A stretch of DNA of 64,000 bases. Source: the human T2T-CHM13v2.0 reference genome, Homo sapiens. Below, in pieces: positions 57,421-64,000 of the stretch; within the stretch, counting starts at the first letter, position 1, and each line of letters starts with the position of its first letter. Position numbers and translations under genes: made by a program. Location: the NCBI RefSeq assembly GCF_009914755.1, contig NC_060935.1; one strand, given 5' to 3'. Below the pieces are notes generated by a model. It saw nothing but the letters and a program-made list of their open reading frames with translations, was not told the origin of the DNA and made no database searches.

Positions 57421-59366
57421 TTGGACACAGGAAGGGGATCATCACACCCTGGGGCCTGTTGTGGGTTAGAGGGAGGCGGGAGGGATACCATTAGGAGATA
57501 TACCTAATGTAAATGACAAGTTAATGGGTGCAGCACACCAACATGGCACATGTATACATATGTAACAAACGTGCACATTGTGCACATGTACCCTAGAACT
57601 TTAAGTATAATAATAAATAAATAAATAAATATATATATATATATGAAGAAAAGGTCCCTCACATCCTTTGTAAGTTTTATTCCTAGGTATTTTATTCTGT
57701 TAGTAGCAATTGTGAATGGGAGTTCACTCATAATTTGCTCTCTGTTTGTCTATTATTGGTGTATAGGAATGTCTGTGGTTTTTGCAAATTGATTTTGTAT
57801 CCTGAGACTTTGCTGAAGTTGGTTATCAGTTTAAGGAGATTTTGTGCTGAGGCGATGAGGTTTTCTAAATATACAATCATGTCATCTGCAATCAGAGACA
57901 ACTTGACTTCCTCTCTTCCTATTTGAATACCCTTTATTTCTTTCTCTTGCCTGATTGCCCTGGTCAGAACTTCCAATACTATGTTGAATAGGAGTGGTGA
58001 GAGATGGCCTTCTTACCCTGTGCCAGTTTTCAAAGGGAGGGCTTCCAGCTTTTGCCCATTCAGTATGATATTGGCTGTGGGTGTGTCATAAATAGCTCTT
58101 ATGATTTTGAGATATGTTCCATCATTACCTAGTTTATTAAGTGTTTTTGACATAAAGTGGTGTTGAATTATGTCAAAGGTCTTTTCTGCGTCTGAGATAA
58201 TCCTGTGGTTTTTGTCATTGGTTCTGTTTATGTGATGGATTGTGTTTATTGTTTTGTGGATGTTGAACCAGCCCTGCATCCCAGGGATGAAGCTGATTTG
58301 ATTATGGTGAATAAGCTTTTTGATGTGCTGCTAGATTTGGTTTGCCAGTATGTTATTGAGGATTTTCACATCGATGTTCATCAGGGATATTGGCCTGAAA
58401 TTTTCTTTTTTTGTTTTGTCTCTACCAGGTTTTTGTATTAGGATGAAGCTGGCCTCATAAAATATGTTAGAGAAGGGTCCCTCTTTTTTTGTTGTTTGGA
58501 ATAGTTTCAAAAGGAATGGTACCACTCCTCTTTGTACCTCTGGTAGAATTCAGCTGTGAATGTTTCTGGTCCTGGGCTTTTTTTGGTTGGTAGGTTATTA
58601 ATTACTGCCTCAATTTCAGAACTTGTTATTGGTCTATTCAGGGACTTAACTTCTTCCTGGTTTAGTTTGTGGAGGGTGTATGAGTCCAGGAATTTATCCA
58701 TTTCTTCAAGGTTTTCTAGTTTATTTGAGTAGAGGTGTTTATAGTATTCTCTGATGTTAGCTTGCAGTTCTGTAGGATGAGTGGTGAATCCCTTTTATCA
58801 TTTTTTACACTTTTTAATATACTTGCTATCTATTTTGCTAATGTTTTCAAAAAACCAGCTCCTGGATTCATTGATTTTTTGAACAGTTTTTTATGTTTCT
58901 GACTCCTTCAGTTATGCTCTGATCTTTGCTATTTGTTATCTTTTCCTACCTTTTGAATTTGTTTGCTCTTGCTTCTCTAGTTCTTTTAACTATGATGTTA
59001 GCGTGGCAGTTTTAGATCTTTCCCACTTCCTTATGTGTATATTTGGTGCTATAAATTTTCCTCTAAACACTGCTTTAGCTGTGTCCCAGAGATTCTTGTA
59101 TGTTGTGTCATTGTTCTCATTGGTTTCAAAGAACTTATTTATTTCTGACTTAATATTGTTATTTACCCAGTAGTCATTCAGGAGCAGTTTGTTCAGTTTC
59201 AATGTAGTTGTGCAGTTTTAAGTGAGTTAAAATAAGCAAAAACTTTTATATAATCAAGTTGTCACATTATTATTAAGTTTTGGTTTGCATCAGAAAAAAC
59301 TAACATTAAAATTTTTTTAAAAAATTAAGGTTTTTACATCCATGTATCTCTCCACATGTGCTTTTT

Positions 59367-61019
59367 ACAAATTAATTTAGTTATTAAAACATTCATCAAA
59401 TGTATACATCTTTTGTATTTTTAGTAGAGATGGGGTTTCACCAGATTGGTCAGGCTGGTCTCAAACCCTTGACCTCAAATGATCCGCCCACCTCAGCCTC
59501 CCAAAGTGCTGGGATCACAGGCATCAGCCACCACAAATTAGCTGAGCATGGTGGCACACTCTTGTAGTCCCAGCTACTCAGGAGGCTGAGGCAGGAAAAT
59601 CACTTGAACCTGGGAAGTGGAGGTTGGAGTGAGCCAAGATCACACCATTTCACTCAAGCCTGGGCAACAAGAGTGCAACTCCACCTCAAAACAAAAAAGT
59701 ATATATCTTTCAAAACAATGTGAATATACTTAACATCTATAACTACAAACTTCAAAATGGTTAAGATGATAAAAATAAAGCTTTATATTACCCTAATTAG
59801 CATAAAATTAAAAAAATTTAAACTATGTATAAACAACCAAGTCATTAATAGAACTGTGAAAAACATTCCTGTTTTTTAATATTAAGTTACAGTTCTCTCT
59901 AAAAAGCCCCTGGACCAGAAAAAGGAAAAAATGCAAATGTTAGTTTAATAACATGGAATTCCTAATGTTGAATTACAAGGAAAAAAGAATTGTAAATCGT
60001 CATTTAGCCACCAATTAGTAGTCAGAAGATGACTTTACAAAACACCCTTCTGTGTTAAAAATTTAGGTAAAATGTAAAGATTTCAATATTACTTTAGTAA
60101 AAATAAATACAGAAGAATTATATAAAAATCCACATTTCAAGTTCATGCATACACAATACATTATAGATTTTGGCAAAAGAGATAGCTGTATATTCTCTCT
60201 CTGATTTTATCAGAGTGCGAAATATAATATAAATATAACATTTTAGTTTATGCATAATTTTTGAATTATTATCTTATCTCAAGCTTAACTAAATAGAATA
60301 TCTTAAGTTTCTTCTACTTATCAGGTAAGTTACTGGTGTTAACACCATATATTTAAGACTAAGACTAGAGATGCAAACCTATGTAATTAATTAATGAGAG
60401 CTATAACAATCCACATCTTTACATAAACACTGCGAATTATGTGAGCCTATAGAATGACTTCACCTTTACTGTGAGGGTTTTCAAGAGCTTTATTTCTAAC
60501 ATTAACAGTGATTATATTTTCTTTAATGTCAAATTAACATACGTTTTCTTTTTTTTTACACAACATGTCTGTTTAATTGATGGATTTTAGTTTATTTTAT
60601 TTTTAGAATCTTAGTCTTTAGTTCTATTTGTCCCACCTTTTATATGTTTCTTTTTCTTCTTTTTTTTTCCTACTTTAAGTTCTGGGATACATGTACAGAA
60701 CATGTAGGTTTGTTACATACATATGCATGTGTCATGGTGGTGTGCTGCATCTATCAACCCGTCATCTATGTTTTAAGCCCTACATGCATTAGGTGTTTGT
60801 CCTAATGCTTTCCTTCCCCTTGCCCCCCAGCCCCCGACAGGCCCTGGTGTGTGATGTTCCCCTCCCTGTGTCCACGTGTTCTCATTGTTTAAATCCCACT
60901 TATGAGTGAGAACATGTCATGTTTGGTTTTCTATTTCTGTGTTAGTTTGCTGAGAATGATGACTTCCAGCTTTATCCATGTCCCTGCAAAGGACATGAAC
61001 TCATTCTTTTTTTATGGCT
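59367..61019 (-). mobile_element. 5'-truncated L1PA 3' end (61019-60645) with ~1.3-kb 3'-transduced sequence (60645-59367)
   Basis: MER4-int stops at 59366 and resumes at 61020; TSD tccacatgtgctttt / tctgcatgcactttt encloses both the L1 and the foreign sequence. Confidence 0.8.
59411..59698 (+). mobile_element. AluS with inverted left arm (59411-59534 reverse, 59535-59698 forward)
   Basis: Reverse left monomer joined to aaattagctgagc... forward right monomer; TSD aaatgtatacatcttt / aaaagtatatatcttt. Confidence 0.88.
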
Positions 61020-63076
61020 TCTGCATGCACTTTTAAAGTACTTGGACATTGGTTACAGGGCTTTGAATCCTGGGTCTAAAAAGGACACCAAGTCCTGCTA
61101 AATTCTAAACAGTAACAGGAATTAAAACCCCATCTTCAGGCCTGGTACAAGATGCCAATCAAAATAAACTGCATTCCAGAAATTAAACCTATTCAACTCC
61201 TCAAGGCCCAGGGATTATCATGGAAAAGGTGGACATGTGAGATTGTAAGGGCTGATTTTGAGAGATAAAGTAAATTCAGTTTATCTATAAATTAATGATT
61301 AATGTGAGAGGCACACATATGCAAGATCAGCATATGGGCCCCTGTGTCAAGGGTTTTCTTGAAGCATTAACTGACTCCTAAATAAAGGTTGTAAAGGTTA
61401 TAAAAGTGTTATGGAAGTTGTATCTTATGATCAAGATTAAAATTTTATAGATTGTAAAATTTTGAAAAAAAAACATTTAATTGGCTTCATGCTGTTTTTA
61501 TTAGGGCTTATTATTTGGAAATTTAAGTCTCCTCTCTCAAAAAATGAAGGTTTTTGCCTTCTTTATTGAAGTCCTTGAGTTATCACTTTGGTCAGATGAA
61601 AGACTTATTTTACAATGATCCATGATATCAAGTGTTTTAAACCTTTGATATATCACGGACTTTCCAAAATCAAATGCTAAATCGTTTTCTTCTGATGTAA
61701 TTAATCCTTTAAGATATTAGGTTTCCTAAAGTCCAAAAATGAAATAATTTGGCTTATTTGCTATAAAAATTATACAGAAAACATTGTCAAATATGAAATA
61801 GTGTTTGGGTTTTTTAGGCTGTATTTGTATAAATATATTATTGGTATGTGTTCCAAAATCATGGGAAACTCATATAATTCTGCCATGACTTAGTGTACAT
61901 TATCAGCAATAATTAAAATTGTCATGTCAAATTATTGTGTGACACATAGATAAAAGATTTGTCAATTGTGCCTTTGACTATGGCTGCCCTAAAACCTTTT
62001 GTCATCCACAGACAATTTTTGTCTCATTTAAATCCTCCTTAGCAGGTGATTTTATAATCAACTACAGAACTTAAACAGGTGTTCTTGAATGCAGGTTTAT
62101 GACAACTTTGGAGATTGTAACATTAGAATAAAGGAAAAAACTTTTAGCACTCTCATGGAGAGCTGAAATGTTCATGAATATCAAGGAGAACAGGAGTTAA
62201 CTTTGTGAACTGAACTAATTGAAGACTAAAGCAATCTTCTTAGCTTTGTTTTTCAGAGTCAAGAAAACTTTTAAGCTATTTGCAGATTTTATCAATTGAG
62301 TAAAGTATACTCATATGAACAAAATTTGGAGCATATTTGTTTCTCTCTACCTGATTTCTCTAGAATTTGGAAACTATTTGTGAGAATTCTTAATTTATGA
62401 CAATACAATTATTATCACAAGTGCAATAAGAATCTGTTTTCATTTGTAACAGGACACAAATTGGAGAAACTGGTTATTTTCCCAAGGCTTTGACTGGAAT
62501 GGTGTACTTTCCTTTAAGGAATCAAACTTGACTTATGGAGCCAAAAAAAGCCCCTTGGAAAAACTGTCCTCATATCTTTTTCTGCACAGCCCCTGTTCAG
62601 GGTTCCTGATCTGTGATGAGTAAAGAATATCACTTTCTGACAGTCCCAGGAGCCCCAAGTATATCTTGGAACCTCAAGTGAGGAGGATCACCCAACTCAT
62701 AGGTATTTGATGACACAAATCCATGGCTGAGCTCAGCTTTAAAAAAAGTCTTATCTGAAGTTCCTTCTATGGAACAAAGTTCCATCAAAGCCAATTTAAA
62801 AGCCTATATAAAAATAATTATTCTTGCCATACTGTATACAAATAATTAGGCCAAGTATAATAAAGCAAACCAGTCTTACCATGATTTTTGTCTTTAGCAA
62901 ATATGAGAAAGTGGAGACAGAAAAATTATGTTTTAAAAACTATAGTATACCTGTTGTTAGATTCTAGTCTTGCCTAATATTTTTCCATTGTTATTATTTT
63001 CTACATTTTGGACTGAATTCTAATTTTTCTTTGCTACAAGTTTTCAAAATAATGTTCAATTTTTTTCCTTCTTTTT

Positions 63077-63394
<318 letters not shown>

Positions 63395-64000
63395 TCCTTC
63401 TTTTTTCTTGTATTTTTCCTAATTTGGAGTCACTGAAAACTAAGCTGTGACTTTGTAAAGCCCTGCAAACTGAAGCTAGATAACTTAATCTTCAGAAGAA
63501 AATAATAGCAACCTATTTATATAAATAAGCCACTTTCATACCTTCCTACTGATATATGGACTTCAGAGTAATGTGGCCTATAGTGATTTTCCAGGATTGT
63601 TCTTTTGCTTGTTGTTGTTGTTTTTTTTCCCTTTCTCCACATATTTTCTCTTCATAGGACAAGAGACTTCACAACCTTCTAAAAATGAGCCTTCCTAATA
63701 ATGTAGGACTTACCTGTCTAGGAATAAACCATCTTAGCCATGAGAGATGAGACAAAACCTGGGACCAGAGAGTCATTTTCTTCTAAAATAATTTATCCAA
63801 AAGATTTTTAAAAAGAAAAGGGAGGAAATGTGAAAGGAAAACATCTTGGGCCCCCAAAATCACTAATCTAAAGGAAAAAGTCAAGCTGGGAACTCCTGAG
63901 GGCCAACCTGTTTCTCATTCTATTCAAAGTCACCCCTCTGCTCAATGAGATAAATGCATATCTATTTGCTTCCTTTGGAGAGGTTAATCAGAAACTCAGA

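Overview
Primate (human-like) genomic DNA, mostly made of nested transposable elements, with no intact protein-coding gene. Two gene relics are recognisable. One is a TMA16 processed pseudogene (minus strand) inside a MER4 provirus. The other is a heavily decayed, intron-containing glycine-N-acyltransferase-like (GLYAT/GLYATL family) pseudogene with three recognisable exons (minus, ~40.2-43.5 kb). Together they suggest, by inference, the GLYAT cluster on human 11q12.1. The elements include: a 7.2-kb two-LTR gammaretrovirus-like provirus (tRNA-Pro PBS, ERV3/HERV-R-like env); a full-length THE1; two oppositely oriented MER4 proviruses; a near-full-length HSMAR2; a full-length L1PA4-6; several older L1s; Alus; and solo LTRs. 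The most notable observations are: (i) an intact 39-aa transmembrane/Cys-rich ORF overlapping the env start in an otherwise decayed provirus; (ii) the fossil GLYAT-like gene; (iii) independent L1-machinery insertions at the same two positions in both MER4 proviruses; (iv) an L1 3' transduction containing a twin-primed (half-inverted) Alu; (v) a multi-segment templated inverted insertion at a (CA)n tract. Repeat subfamily names come from recalled consensus sequences, boundaries are by eye (about +/-10 bp unless a TSD is quoted), and nothing was checked against databases.
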